The notes under the pieces are model-generated. The model was not told the DNA's origin. It did no database searches and worked only from the letters and a program-made list of their open reading frames with translations. From Eledone cirrhosa (Eukaryota): a DNA stretch of 64,000 bases. The DNA lies in contig OZ024747.1 of NCBI GenBank assembly GCA_964016885.1, positions 58,342,001 to 58,406,000 of the forward strand, given 5' to 3'. This document shows positions 27,104 to 41,922 of the stretch, one piece after another (the stretch's first letter is position 1; each line of letters begins with the position of its first letter). Made by a program: the position numbers and the translations under genes.

Positions 27104-30100
27104 ATATGAGTGTGTGTGTGTGTTTGCGTGTGTGTGTATGTATATATCTGTGTGTGTGTGCATATATATACGCATACACACACTGCAAATTAACATAACT
27201 ACTTCTAAACAAATCGTAAAATGAAAGTAAATTTACATACCATCACGCTATAAATAATCTCAATCTACACACACTACCCTTAAGTATCATATATCTCCAT
27301 TTTCTTAATGATTCACTCATCCATAGATAAAAAGAATGGATGAAGCCTCTACTTTCTGCGAGGCATTGAAACTGCAGCTCCAATAACAAAAATATATTCT
27401 TTCGTGAAGTAGTATTGATATCACTCAATTTTTATCAAAGCAGCAAAATATTACAATCTTATATATCAATATAAATTATACAATACTATTTATTACGAAC
27501 TAACAAAACACGTTACTGAATTCCTAAGTGTTCGATGAATGACATTCTTATTCTATATATGCGGGGAACCATTGGAAAGTTTTCTCGTACGACGATAACA
27601 GATATTAAATCGAAAGCTGGGCGACATATTTTAAAAGTAATCAACACATTCTTTATACTATCAAAAGAAACGTTAACAAAAGTTTTCTTCTCTATGGTAG
27701 CCATTTTTTGTTTTCGTTTTCTCGTCTTTCCAAATCATGAATGCTATCATCCTATTTCTTCTTGTTTTACATTCAATTCTTTAAACTATTCAGCGTAAGT
27801 TTTTGTTATGCATTTTTTTGAAAATATATGTACAATGCAGCTTTACAATTCTACTTTCTATCTTTCAGTTTGTTTTCAGTGAAAAAAAAAAAAAAAAAGC
27901 AGACAGACAGACAAGCAGAACTGCAGGATTTGGGACGTATGTTTGAAAGCTTTTCGTTTTGTTGAATGTACTTAATTTTATTTTTCTATTAAAGTTCGGT
28001 ACTGATTATGCAAAGGGGTTTAATGTAGATTTACATTGTAATATAACTCTTATGGTAGTAATTGACATTGAATATTTGTAGCACAGTAACAAACTTATAA
28101 AAGCAAAAGACATATATGTACACACACACACACACATATATACATACATATATAAATATATATATATGTATATATCTACATGAATATATATATATATAGA
28201 GAGAGACATACATATATATGTATATACATATATATATAAATGAATATATACATATATATACATGTATATATACATACACAGACACACACACACATATAAT
28301 GATTTGTTCCACTATTCTCCTTAAAGAATTTTCTTTTTTTTTTGTGTAAAGATAATCAATTTTTCCTCCCATGTTCCCATTCTACAATATGTTACAAGAA
28401 TGTTCAGGCTAAAGTGAATGACAGTAAACAAGATTAAAAACCTACTTATTTCTCACACTTTACTATATTCTTGCCAATTTTAATATGACTATATCGAAAG
28501 TCTATAATTCTTTAAGGTTTATTGGTTTACTACTTAGACTCAGTGTAGAGAATGTGTAAGAGGCAAGAACGATATTGTCTGATATTCATGAGTTTTTCAT
28601 CATCGACATAAGTGGTGAAAATTAACTGAAGTGACTTTATTTATGGATTAATACCATGTCGACTTCTCGGCTTGCTGGAAGATAACTTTTTCTGAAGAAT
28701 ATTATTATAAAGACAGGAGATAATATCGATATTGTCACGTTGGAATAAGGCCAGAAATTATAAAGAAGGAGTATTGCCGATTTCATTGACGCTAGAATAT
28801 ATTTTACTGATCACCGAAAAATTATTTCAATCCAAAATGTAACTGAACGTGAATAAATACAACATTACAGGTTATTCTGTATTTCTGCTACTTCTGTCAT
28901 ACCAATCTTTCAGGAAGTCATTAAGTGTAATAACACCATGTTTTGCTGTGTAATATAGGGTTGCCATGATTGTCCAGCGCTTATATTTTCGGACATAGCG
29001 TATCTAGATTAACATTGGCCAATGTATATATTTTAGTCAATGAAATTAATGTACTTTGAAAAAGGTGGCTGCTATATCAAGCAGATTTGCTTGATTGGCT
29101 AGAATCTACCGGCTTCATCTTGTCTTTTAAGATATTGTTATATTTGTATTGGTTTGTTTATCGTTATTTATTCCCAGGTTAACCACTATGTTTGCGATCA
29201 AGGACATTCCAATTTTAATCGAGGTGTTGTTTTTTCAGACGGTGTCCATCTTTACCTATGTAATTAAATACGCGTGCTGTTATTATTATTAGTAAAATCA
29301 AACGCGATAGATAATTCAGACATATTTCGTATAGGATGTGCGAGGAATAATACTAAAGAAGAATTTCGTGGCTACAGAATCGAAACCCCAAATCATTCGG
29401 TCACTACAGATACGGCAAATTAATATATTAATTTCATTAGAATCAAATAACAGGAGAGCTTTAAAAGTGTTCTCAATTTGTTAGAAAATGGAGACAAATT
29501 TTCCCAAAATCACACACTATCGACATTTTAAACTGTAAAAATCATATCTAATTTAAGCCTAGCTACACCATGTCTGAAAAACGAGATGGGATGGTCACTT
29601 GTTGGACGCGGTTGATTAGGCCCAAGGAATCTCAAAATTATCTGCTTCGGAGAATTTTGAAAGGCTGAACTTGACAATAACGAAAGAATAGATGTTTGCG
29701 ATTTAATGATTTCCATATACATGATTATAACACAAAAATGACACTATGTTGATTACAAATCGTTTCTGAGCCTGTGTCTTGTATTCACGTTCCTGTGTAT
29801 TTCTTGTAAGAGACCCTCAATACTCCTCTAACATATCTGGGCTCCATTTACTCTGCTGTTGCATTCCTACTGTTATAGAATGACCTAATGTAATCAGGGA
29901 TTTGCAACAAATAGCAACACACTTTACTCTGTAGTACAATTTTCATCTAATAAAAATGAAGAGCAATGTATATATTCCGACTAATGATTTCATAAATATA
30001 TTATACACCCAAATATACAGGATAGTCACCCCTTGTAACGTTTGACCACATTTCTATTCCATCGTGGTATAATCATTTCAATTGATCCCTGAACTCCTGG

Positions 30101-31317
30101 AGAACTCGTAGAGCCAGCATCGTAAATACGGCGTTTGTGAAACATTAAAGCCTATTGCTGACCTGCTCCAGATTTAAACACAACAGATTTCTCCTCTAGG
30201 GGGAGTGAAAAGAGGAAGATAGAGATAGATTAAGAGAGTAATAAAACAAAAAATAGAATTACAGAGAGAAGACTCGACGCATGCTGGTAGTTTATTTAAA
30301 GACTTCAAAAAAAAAAAAAAATTTAAACTCACAGCAGCGAGATTTGAACTCAGATAATAATGATGCAGAAAGTATTTTGCAAAGGATTGTATTCTACACT
30401 CTACCAACTTTGCCAATTTACTAGATTCGTCGTTCGATTTAACTCCACAGCCTGACCGCTGAATCACTTTAGCCGACTTCACTCCATTGCAAATATTAGG
30501 AACAAGATTCCAATTACAAGAACCCTCCCCCTGTCGGCCTCTCTCCCTCCTCTCTATCACATCTCTCTCACTCTCTCTCTCTCATATTTTTTTCCATCTT
30601 CTCCCTCCCTTCTCTCTCAGCCATCCGTTGAGGAAGCCCGGAAATCAGTCATGGTCCCTGAAATTACTCCTGACAAAAACAATAAAACATAAATAATGTT
30701 TCACCTGTTACTAAACAGCAACAGCATCAAATGCAATATTTTATCTATTCATTTTACTCTTGTATTCTTACTTTTTGGTAAATCGATTAATAAGGAACAA
30801 ATACTTAACTATCGTACGGTAAGATTTCCAATCAACACACCTATCGACCCAGTTAGTACCAGTATTCAATGGATCTTCGTAGAATTTGTTTCATTATAAT
30901 ATAAAGAAACCCTTTAGCCAAATGAAATGAAGTCAGCCGAGTTGATGTTGTTTTGTATCGGATATTATGTTATAAACACCTCTAAGTATATTATCGATTC
31001 TCTATATCTCGAGTTAGAATGTGCAGCAAGCGTATGTATGGTTAGATATTTATGTCTACAATTCTATTTCTACCATTGAGAAGACTGCTGCTGAATAGTA
31101 GAAATCACTTAGATCGATATTGCCATCAATCAATAAGTGATGTAAAAAAAAGTGAAAAGTGAAATGATTGAATATAAAGGAAGTGTAAGTGTAAGAGTGA
31201 ATAAGGCAGAGAAAGAGTGAGAAAAGAGCGGGAAAGAGAAGGAGAGAATATAGGCAAAACAATATTTGAATGCACAAATACATTCATTGATACACACATA
31301 AAAACACACAGAACATT

Positions 31318-31386
<69 letters not shown>

Positions 31387-31415
31387 GTTTGTGTGGTTGT
31401 GTGTGTTTGTGTGGT

Positions 31416-31457
<42 letters not shown>

Positions 31458-31461
<4 letters not shown>

Positions 31462-31694
31462 CCTCCTCACCAAGAAACCTTTGTGGGGTTGCCAACGACC
31501 CGACCATGAGGCAGGTTGTACTGGGATACATGGGCCCAGCACTATGTGTCAGTAATTGTCACAAGTGTAGTGTTTGTACCAGAGTTTTCAAGTCGCTGGC
31601 TGGACAAACAAGTCACACTCGTTCAGCGCATCGGTAGGGGTTCTCCTACATGGATATAAAGTAGTGGCCGTACTTGAAAACGAGTTGGCAGCCA

Positions 31695-31697
<3 letters not shown>
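31458..31697 (+). mobile_element. 3' end of an RTE (BovB-like) LINE with terminal C2H2 finger, within (TA)n
   Basis: [25 protein letters not shown] then a short UTR and (TA)n. Confidence 0.65.
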
Positions 31698-31756
<59 letters not shown>

Positions 31757-31786
31757 GTATATATATACATCTATATACATACACCG

Positions 31787-31822
<36 letters not shown>

Positions 31823-31882
31823 TTGTGTGTATATATATATACATATATAAATATACACATATATATACATATATATATACGC

Positions 31883-31932
<50 letters not shown>

Positions 31933-31945
31933 GTGTGTGTGTGTG

Positions 31946-32115
31946 TATCCCGTGTTCAATCTGGGGGTAACCACAGTAAGGTACTCACTATATAGCAAAG
32001 TAAAAAAATTTAATATAGAAATGGCTCCTACAGGAATAGAACTGTTTCATTCAAAAGAAATCATCTTCCTTCGAATGAGTCAGCTCTCGTCCTGTAGAAG
32101 CCATTTCTATATTAA
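31946..32115 (-). mobile_element. Family A end with short fold-back; HHR broken at the inversion junction
   Basis: Homologous to 13365-13490; tttaatatagaaatggct/agccatttctatattaaa inverted arms. Confidence 0.75.
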
Positions 32116-33577
32116 ATATATATGTATACATGCATGCATACATGCACATATACATAAGTTGCTTTTCATTGTATCTATCGTGTATAGTGTATGTAAGGTA
32201 AGGCTATAAATGCTATATAAGTATGTGTGTATTTAGATTTATGTATATAAGTAAATATATTAAGATTTTGTCTAAGAGTGAAACAAGCATTTTTTAACGT
32301 AGAAACATTCATATAATGAGTGTATACACACGCACACACATATACATATATATAGTATATTTATGCGTATATACATGCGTGTATGTGAGTAGGTTGGTGG
32401 GTGTGCTCAGGACTATATCTACGATAGATACATTTGAAGAGGTGTATATAAATATATACCTTTTCATGTAGTTTTTGATATGTTAAATCTGAAAGGGACC
32501 TTATATATATATATATATATATATATAAAGGAACCTTATATGTATATATATATATAAATTTAGGTGTATATACGTGTATATGCTTACATAAATGAACACA
32601 TACACGAATACCTACATACATGCATACCTACATAAATACATAGATACAAGTGCATACCTAAATACATATACATGCATACATACACGCACGTGTTTTTCCC
32701 TGCGTCTGTTTGTGTGTGAAATGTAAGTTTTCATTCTTCTGCGATAAAAATATTACAAAAATAATATACAAGAAATATGGCCGTTGTTTGTATATTGTAA
32801 CAAAATAGCTGACATGCCTTTCACACCAACGAAACTGTTGCTGAATAGAAACCATTCATGTTTACAATTGATTATCGAATAATAAGATAAACCAAAAATA
32901 CAATCAGAAACACAAAAATAAAGGCCTTATATAGAATAGAATTTTTTTTTTTTTTTTTCCTATTTAGTTGTAAGTATTTTTGTGATAAAATAGCATTTGC
33001 TTGAGATATTTTTTTCTATTGTGAAGTATTGAATTTATAGTGAGTACAAATAGTGATACAGAACTATCGTGAATCCACTTGTTACTGCAGTGGAGAATAG
33101 AATAAATATATTTGTATTTTTAATAAAAAAAATATATAATTATATATATAATCATAAAGAGTGTTTATTGAATTGTGTATGTAGTTTGGATATATAACTT
33201 CTTTACGTTTGTGCATGGGCTCTATTCTAAATATATTTATCTAAACATGGTGGAAATATGCATAACGAAGTAAGCGAAGACATGGCTATTTATGAAACGT
33301 ACATCCGTTCAGAGGATAAACCTGAAGTTCATGATAGATTCTGACGAAAATGTTCATTCGTTTTATTTTACTGGTTTTAATCCTAATTTTGCTATTATGC
33401 TGGGAACCACTTTAAAGGGATTTAGTCGATAATATGAATCCCAGTATTTATATATCAAAACTCTAGAACTTATTTTATCGCTATCGTTGTGTCTAACTGT
33501 AAGGTTATGCAACCAAAACTCACACACGAAAGCTCACACATGCACAGTCACACACACACACACTCACCCTCATTATA

Positions 33578-33765
33578 TCGGTTGATTGGCAGTATCGGTA
33601 GAGGGTCGGACGCCATGCTTTGCAGCACAGTTACCTCCCTTTACGGACTGAGTTCAAATCCCGCCGAGGTTAACTTTGCCTTTCATCCTTACAGGGTCGA
33701 TAAAATAAAGTACCAGTAATACACTGGGATAATTGCTGGCCTTGTGCCAAAAAGTAGAAACAATT
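33578..33765 (+). mobile_element. SINE family 1
   Basis: A box TGGCAGTATCGG, B box GAGTTCAAATCC. Confidence 0.9.
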
Positions 33766-33873
33766 ATATATATATATATACACATATTTAAACTCTCTCA
33801 TTCTGTCTCTCTTTATATATATATATACATTGTGTGTGTGTGTGTGTGTATGTGTGCGTGTGTGTTTGTGCGT

Positions 33874-33912
<39 letters not shown>

Positions 33913-34882
33913 CACACGACAGACTTCTTCAACTTCTGTCTGCCAAATGTCACTCACAACATAAGACTATAGATGACAGATGCCCAAGAATAACGTAGTT
34001 GGATAAAATCCGAAGCCATGTAGTTGCGATGCGAACTCCCTAACCAAACAGCAGTATTTGCACCTATGTAGGGGAGACAATCAAGAAATTGAACACTTCT
34101 TGTTTATCGTGGTGAAAGAAAAAAAAAACAATAACATGCATGTATGCTTGTTTTTCACTTCATCAGCTCTAATGTTTGATATGAGACGGATATTGAATAA
34201 AAATGAAAGGACATTTACGGGGTTACATCTCATAGGAAGTATGTTGTGAATTTTAATGACAGGGAGTTCTCAGTCCTTTTATGAAATGCAAGGTAAAATG
34301 CAGGATCTTGATCATGAAAACAACTCCCACTCGGTCAAGTATTCGAACTCACCGCATTATCGTGAATCTAACAACTTAGCCTCAAGATCAGGATATACAT
34401 GGTTATTCTATTACCATAATTTCATAGTGATACCAGCTAAGAAGGAATGCATTGGCTTTCATTTCGGTTGCTATATAGGAAACTAATACTAAATATAGAC
34501 AGTAATAGAGATATAATAAATAGAAGAAGGTCTTCTACGTTAATCAGATATGTTTTAAAGTAAATGTATGGAAAATATATGTTTATACTGGGATATTAAA
34601 GAAACATTCATATTTCGTATTATCGTATCTAACAATCATACGAAGGCTGATTCTTGTAGAAAAAAACTAAACACTGCCCCAGTGAATATGAACCACCATC
34701 AAGATCATCCTTATCGTGGGCAAAGTGTAGGGTTGGCCGATAAGGGGGAACGGTAGTGGGTTAGAGTGAGGGTGGAGGGTTGTTGGTGTCCTGTGAGGGT
34801 AGTGTTGCGGCCCACTTTACGGGCACTGATGAAGGTGGCTTCTCCGGGTAACCCTGCCGAGTGAACAGTCTAGTCATTTAAG

Positions 34883-34913
<31 letters not shown>

Positions 34914-35118
34914 GTATTAAGGATACTATTTATGGTTATGTATATACTAAAACCTTTTATAGTTATATATATTTTAAACCCTAAATAGTGAAAGACAGTA
35001 ATTCATTACTATCTTATTACACTTATTATTCTTATCTTATCTTATTATCTTATTATTTAAACTGAACTTTGATTCATTTCTATATATATATATATATCCA
35101 CACATATATATATATAAG

Positions 35119-35171
<53 letters not shown>

Positions 35172-35769
35172 AGGGTGTGTGTGTATATATATATATACAA
35201 AACTGAGAAGTAGATATGTTGAAACATATCTAATACTAAATTCTATTGAAGTATCAAATGACACAATCACATAATCACATAACGGGTTTTCGGTGGAATG
35301 AATTAAAAACACATATAATCATATATAAATATATCAATAAATAACGATTGATATATTATATGAGTCTAAATTCATGAATATTGTCTTTGAAAAAAATATT
35401 GGAATCTAATATCTAAGGAATTTATTTTCATGTTGGCAACATTCTATATAAACAAAATAAAATGACTTTGAAGTATAGAGGAATCACAAGATTGAAATGT
35501 TTCGTTCAATTTCAGCGTTGAATAATAATTATATTTGAAAATTTATTGATAGTCATATAGCGTCAATTGATATCTTAATCTTAATATTTCAATGCATTCT
35601 TTAATTTTTGCTCAGGATATCATGAGATGTTTATTCTTTTATTTTTTCAAAAAATATTTTATATCATTTGAGATACTATAGAAGAAGTAATAAATCTACA
35701 TATGTATTATATTATATTATCTAATATTAGTGACAGCAGATATGTGATAACTTTGGAAACTATACATAA

Positions 35770-35822
<53 letters not shown>

Positions 35823-35826
<4 letters not shown>

Positions 35827-36239
35827 AAAGTTCTATTAAAATTGTTGGGATACAACAAGTAAATATTTTATAACTGATATAAAGCACTCGACAAGTTTTT
35901 GGAGTAGATATACGATATTAAATAAATGGAAACTATATTTATAAAACCATATTTATTTCATTATACATATTTCAGAGATACCAAATTAAAATATGGTATG
36001 CCTTCATCAGACAAAATACAATATATAAACAGTTTATAAATAATTTTGACGTACCCAATCCAGACAGCTTCCAAAAATAATGGTCGCATCTAATAGGGTA
36101 CGTCAACATTATTTATAAAACTGTTTATATATTGTATTTTGTCTGATGAAGGCATACCCTATTTTAATTTGGTATCCCTGAAATATGTATAGTGAAATAA
36201 ATATGGTTTTATAAATATAGTTTCCATTTATTTAATATC

Positions 36240-36245
<6 letters not shown>
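35823..36245 (-). mobile_element. Fold-back HHR element, family F (arms ~35908-36056 / 36096-36245, ~40-nt spacer)
   Basis: ~150-bp inverted arms with few mismatches; HHRs at 35955-36017 (-) and 36136-36198 (+); (TA)n flanks. Confidence 0.85.
36136..36198 (+). ncRNA. Type I hammerhead ribozyme (mirror copy at 35955-36017 on minus)
   Basis: attttgt-CTGATGA-aggcatacc...ggtatccct-GAAA-tatgta-TA-gtgaaat. Confidence 0.8.
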
Positions 36246-36324
<79 letters not shown>

Positions 36325-36669
36325 TGTGTGTGTGTATATGTCTGTACATATGTATATATATATGCGTGTATATCATTATACATATAACTATATGTATACA
36401 TTCATACGTATATTTTCCTCTCCACTTCTATCTATCTATCTACTGATCTACCTATCTATGTATTAATCTAGTTGTCTATCTCTCTCTCCTCTCTCTCTCT
36501 CACTTTCTCTCTTTCTATATAGATATACATATACGTATATGTGTGTGTATATGCGTATGTGTGTTTGTGTACATATTCACAATCATCATGTAGATATGTA
36601 TGAATACATATATATACATAGATGCACACACATACACACATAGTAACATTATATATATATATATGTGTA

Positions 36670-36735
<66 letters not shown>

Positions 36736-36913
36736 TGGGCGCGTGTATATATACACGATAGATTATGGAAGAGTTTGCATCTTCTGAATTTACTAAAAAT
36801 GTTATTGATCAACCCAAACTAATGCATATATTTGCGAAGTGAAATTGTTTACCACACACCTATGCCTGCAAATAGACTCACACACACGCGTGCATACACA
36901 CACACGCGTGCAT

Positions 36914-36950
<37 letters not shown>

Positions 36951-37044
36951 GCGTGTACCAAACAAATGTATACACACCTCTATAGTATTCTAATAAACAT
37001 TGCCTGTGCAGGTAATCAAGGTGTGTATACATTTTTTGAGGACT

Positions 37045-37086
<42 letters not shown>

Positions 37087-37467
37087 TATATGAACAATAT
37101 GAAATGCAATGTCAACATGCTTGTGCGTGTATTGTCGACTTAAGTGCTCGCTATTCTGAGTTTAATAATACTTCGAATCGAAATTGATCTGATCGATGCA
37201 TTTATCTGACCCAGAATAAAAGGTTCTTGTGGTGTAACCCATCTTTCTTACATTTCCTAGCGAATCTTATTTGTAATTCTGCTAAAATTACACCAATATT
37301 TACCATTTAAATTACCCACTAAACAATATAAGTGAGGGGGAGATATCGTCTGTTTACATATGTGTGTTGGTGGCAGTTTTGAAATAGGCTGGTAGAGAAT
37401 GGTACCTTCAACATGTTAATAAATATTGATTGCATCATACCATTTTAAAATTTGATGATGATGATAA

Positions 37468-38328
37468 TAATTGTTTCTACTATTGGCACAAGGCCAGGAA
37501 ATACCCAGTGCATTACTGGTACTTTATTTTATCGAGCCCGTAAGGATGAAAGGCAAAGTTAACCTCGGCGAGATTTGAACTCAGACCATAAAGGGGCATA
37601 ACTCTATACTGGAAAGCATGGCGTCTGACCCTGGTTTCTTATTTATGCACAAAACCAGGGAATTTGGGGGAAGGGGAAAGTCGATTAAATCGAGACCAGT
37701 GGGTAACAAGTACTTTATTTTGTCGACCCGTAAGGACAAAAAGCAAATTTAACTGCGGGGGGATTTGAACTCAGAATGTAAAGGGCCGTAGTTCCATGCC
37801 ACAAACCATGTTGTCCAAAGTTCTACTTATACTGCCTATCTACTGCATAATAATAATAATAATGCTTTCTGATTTAGGCACAAGGTCAGCAATAATTGGA
37901 AAGGGGGGGAAAGTCGGTTACATCAATTCCAGTACGTGACTGGTACTTTATTTTATTTACCACGCATGGATGAAAAGCAAAGCTAACCTCACATAATAAA
38001 AATGATTTCTACTATAGACACAAGTCCAGCAAGGAAAGGATAGTCGATTAAACGCCCCCACTGTATTACTGGTGCTTTATTTTATCGACCCCGTAAGGAT
38101 GAAAGACACATCTCACCTCGTCGGGATTTTTAATAATAATTTTTTCTACTTTTGGCACCAGGCCAGCAATTATCCCAGTGTATTACAGGTGCTTTATTTT
38201 ATCGACCCCGTAAGGATGAAAGGCAAAGTTGACCTCGGTGGGATTTGAACTCAGTCCATAAATGGTCGCAACTCTTTGCTGCAAAACATAGCGTCAGACC
38301 CTCTACCGATACTGCCAATTGGCCGCCT
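37468..38328 (-). mobile_element. Stack of about five co-oriented SINE family 1 copies/variants
   Basis: Repeated tttctact...cacaag...tttattttatcgac...taaggatgaaa units separated by (TAA)n. Confidence 0.85.
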
Positions 38329-38808
38329 TTTTAATAATAGTAACCCCACACTAGAGCTTCCAAACGACAGAATGCACATAAAAATAACGATGAAACTACA
38401 AGAAAACCTCACTTACAAAACAAGAAATGAAACTGCCAGAGAACTATCAACATCACAACAGTAACAATAACAGTAACAACAACAGCAACAACAAGGTCAC
38501 AAGTTCAGAAGTTATCTCGAACTCAATACCTGACCGATACATAATTTTATCAACCTAGGTATAATAAAATAGAAAATTGCCATCTTTGAGCCAACCTCAA
38601 ATTATCATAAGATCATGTGAATTAAATGATATATATATTGTTTGAAAGGAATACGAATATAAGTATTAACTTAGATTTACTGAGCTAAGCATAGTCATCT
38701 GTCGATTAAAGATAAAATAGCGAGAAGTTGAACAGGACGGCCAGTTAAACAATGAGGTTCTTTCTGAAAGATATTTCCTACAAAGTTGGGCACAGCGTCA
38801 AGTTTAGG

Positions 38809-39170
38809 ATTCTTCTTCTTTGGCCACTTATTCTTGAGAGGGTCGTGGGGGAAGAGTACTCAAACATTCCTTCCAGCCGGTCCGTTTAGAGGCAACCGTC
38901 TCTAACTTATCCGGTCTGATCTCCCAGCAAGACCAGCCAAGCTCATGGATGTTCTCAAACCATCCTGCTCGTGTCTACCCCTGGATTTCCTGTCGTTTGG
39001 TTTCACCCGTAAAATATTTCCAGCAATATTTTATTTTCGAGCAATAGTAACGGGGTGATCTCTTAATTTGGAGAAGTCATGGCTCTACCTGGAGTGACTC
39101 TCCTAACTTCGATCTACGCATTCTATCGTGTAACGATACTCCAGAAGCCCTTCGGAGGAACCCGAAGTTT
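38809..39170 (-). pseudogene. Degenerate 3' end of an RTE/Expander-like LINE with (GAA)n tail
   Basis: FLRRASGVSLHDRMR...LQVEP...ELGWSCWEIRPDKLETVASKRTGWKECLSTLPPRP. Confidence 0.8.
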
Positions 39171-39984
39171 AGGGTTGACATATGGTATTAATGGGTCAGG
39201 TTTATTACACCATATTAGTCAGATTTGGAAGTGCAGGACTTAATGGTTGGGGTAACGAATTGACGAACAAAAAGTCGTGAGTTCATTTCCCGATGTTACA
39301 TTGTATATATGACTGAAACAATGTACTTCACGTTTCCCTAGTTCACTCTCCTACCAGGTTGTTCCTTAATTCAAAATACTAACCTTGCTACACAGTTCGA
39401 GAGGCTGAATATATCAGAAACCTCCGTTAAGTATAAATATGTCTGTCGAATTGTCAGCTAATTGAATGTTGATTTTATGAGCAGCATGTACCGATGTTTG
39501 ATCAATAGGAAGACTGGGCGGCTAAGGTCCAGTACCGAGTGCCAGCAATCATTTCCTGATTTAGCCAGTTTTCTCGTTAAAATTTATTGGCATATTGATA
39601 GTTAAATTTGTTATATATATATATACAACAAACACACACGCGCACACACACGCACACACACACACATATATATATATATGTGTTTGTGTGTGTGCATATA
39701 TATAAATATATATATATATATATACATAAAGTGTGTGGGTAATACAGTGAATTACTGGTTCTGGTACGAAATCATGCAAACTATTCACATGTAGAGTGTA
39801 TATAATAGGAAAAAACAAGGAAGTTTCGTTTACATAAAATATATTTATTCTGTATCGACCCATTACGTGCCTTTCGCAGAACACTGTGTTACCTTGAGCC
39901 AATCCTCTGCGAAACGCGCGTAACATATCAATACACAATAAATATATTTTACATGTACACGAAACTTCATTGTTTTTATTCTAT

Positions 39985-40002
<18 letters not shown>

Positions 40003-40022
<20 letters not shown>

Positions 40023-40077
40023 TATATATGCATTCATACGCATTTATATACATTTATGCATATTAATTCATTTTACG

Positions 40078-40119
<42 letters not shown>

Positions 40120-40185
40120 GTATGTATATATATATATGCATTCATACGCATTTATCTACATATATGCATATTAATTCATTTTACG

Positions 40186-40220
<35 letters not shown>
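40003..40220 (+). repeat. Two tandem 55-bp units in (TA)n; inverted copy at 42900-43200
   Basis: gcattcatacgcatttat...gcatattaattcattttacgcaa x2. Confidence 0.85.
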
Positions 40221-40223
<3 letters not shown>

Positions 40224-40667
40224 GTACATATGTACACGCACAAACAGACATACACAGACACACACACACATACATATATATGTGTATGTATGTGTGTGTG
40301 TGTGTCAGTGTGTGTGTGTGTGTCTGTGTATAAGTGGGGAGGGAGATTTGAATAGTTCCGTGTTAATTTGTGCATTGTATTAAATGTTGCACAATTTAGT
40401 GAAATGTAATATTAATTCAATATATATACGGAATGTGAAACAGCAAAGAAATTTCAGTTATTGATGCAGCTGACGGAAGAAACGATATCTATTGCTGAAA
40501 TATCTAGTGGCAATTCGCAAAGTGTCAAAAGGACATACAAGCGAAAGGTCTCAGCTAGTTGTAAAGTTAACCTTCGTGTCAATGTTTCTCAGGCATTCGA
40601 ATATGTAAGTCTTTAAAGCAATTAACCGTGAGCTACCGATCTGTGTATCTATCTTTCAAATAATATA

Positions 40668-40768
40668 TAAAGCAATTGTATGGAATATACGTCACATAAT
40701 CATCATCATCATTTCATATATATATAAAATGATGATGATGATTATGTGAAGTATATTCCATACAATTA

Positions 40769-40773
<5 letters not shown>
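40668..40773. repeat. ~50-bp-arm fold-back hairpin abutting (TA)n
   Basis: aattgtatggaatatacgtcacataatcatcatcatcattt / aaatgatgatgatgattatgtgaagtatattccatacaatt. Confidence 0.85.
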
Positions 40774-40837
<64 letters not shown>

Positions 40838-40838
40838 G

Positions 40839-40870
<32 letters not shown>

Positions 40871-40937
40871 TGTGTATACACATACATATACAGCTATATG
40901 TATATGCACATATATATGTACACACACACACACACAC

Positions 40938-40968
<31 letters not shown>

Positions 40969-41704
40969 CCTATATATATATCCATAGGTATAGAAAATGT
41001 TGTGATCAGTGGACTTAGATCAATATATTGTTCTCTCTTCCTCGCGAGGATGCATCTTTCTTCAGATAGAACCCCTGACTTGTGTTTGATAGCAAGCGCT
41101 TTGGGGAACGTCTTGTTACGAGTTCAGCGGATGGTACGTCAGAATATGTTGTAGTGCAAGAAGGAAAACGTATTTACGAGCCAAGTTTTTAAGTCTTCTA
41201 TTTTGCCGAGAAGATCCCCCTAACAGGCGCAACATTAAGCTGTTTTCGCTCCTAGCATTTAGCAGCTGAAGCAGATGCTGCCGGGACGAACAACGTCCTA
41301 ATTCTGTCAACGGGGTTCTTTAAATTTGAATGCAAAAGTGCCTCCACGGGTGCTTCTGAGTTAGTCTTCAGCCAACGCTTTCCACATAATACTGTAATTT
41401 GAGATGGTGCTGCTAGGTTTGGGAGTTTACTTGACTTAAGCCAATCACAAGTTGCAGATAACTAAATATTGATCCAGCAGATAGGATGGTCACGCTTGGG
41501 TATCCCACCGGATCGATTGATGACGGTTGCTTCTGATAGGAACCTCGGGAAAGTGATGACTCTATGGCAACAAACTTCCCAGGAATACGTGAGTGTGTGT
41601 GTATGTAGAAAGCTATATATATATATATGCAGGATATGTGTACATATGTGTACGTATAATGTTCCATTATTCTTCCTCCTGTATATATATATATATATAT
41701 GTAT

Positions 41705-41922
41705 TGGACGATCGACTTTCGTCAAATCGGACCTACGAAACAATGCTTCCGTTGGTCTTTCCAATTGCTAATACTATCTATCGGTCGCAACTCCAGGTAG
41801 AAGGAGCAACGTGAAATAAAGTGTCTTGCTCATGGACATAACGCATCGTCCTGTCCAGGAATCGAACTCACAACCTTACGATTGCGAATCCAATTCTCTA
41901 ACCACTCAGCCTCACGCCTTCA
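41705..41922 (-). mobile_element. CORE-like SINE family 2
   Basis: gagcaacgtgaaataaagtgtcttgctca...ggaatcgaactc...cacgccttca. Confidence 0.78.

Noticed and set aside
26290-27800. Possible minus-strand host exons (donor-like sites near 26300 and 27240)
   Set aside because: No consistent open frame or recognisable protein; RNA data would be needed.
34820-34880. CTGATGA near a TA tract (also 20420, 33341, 34160)
   Set aside because: No properly placed GAAA, stem III or stem I.
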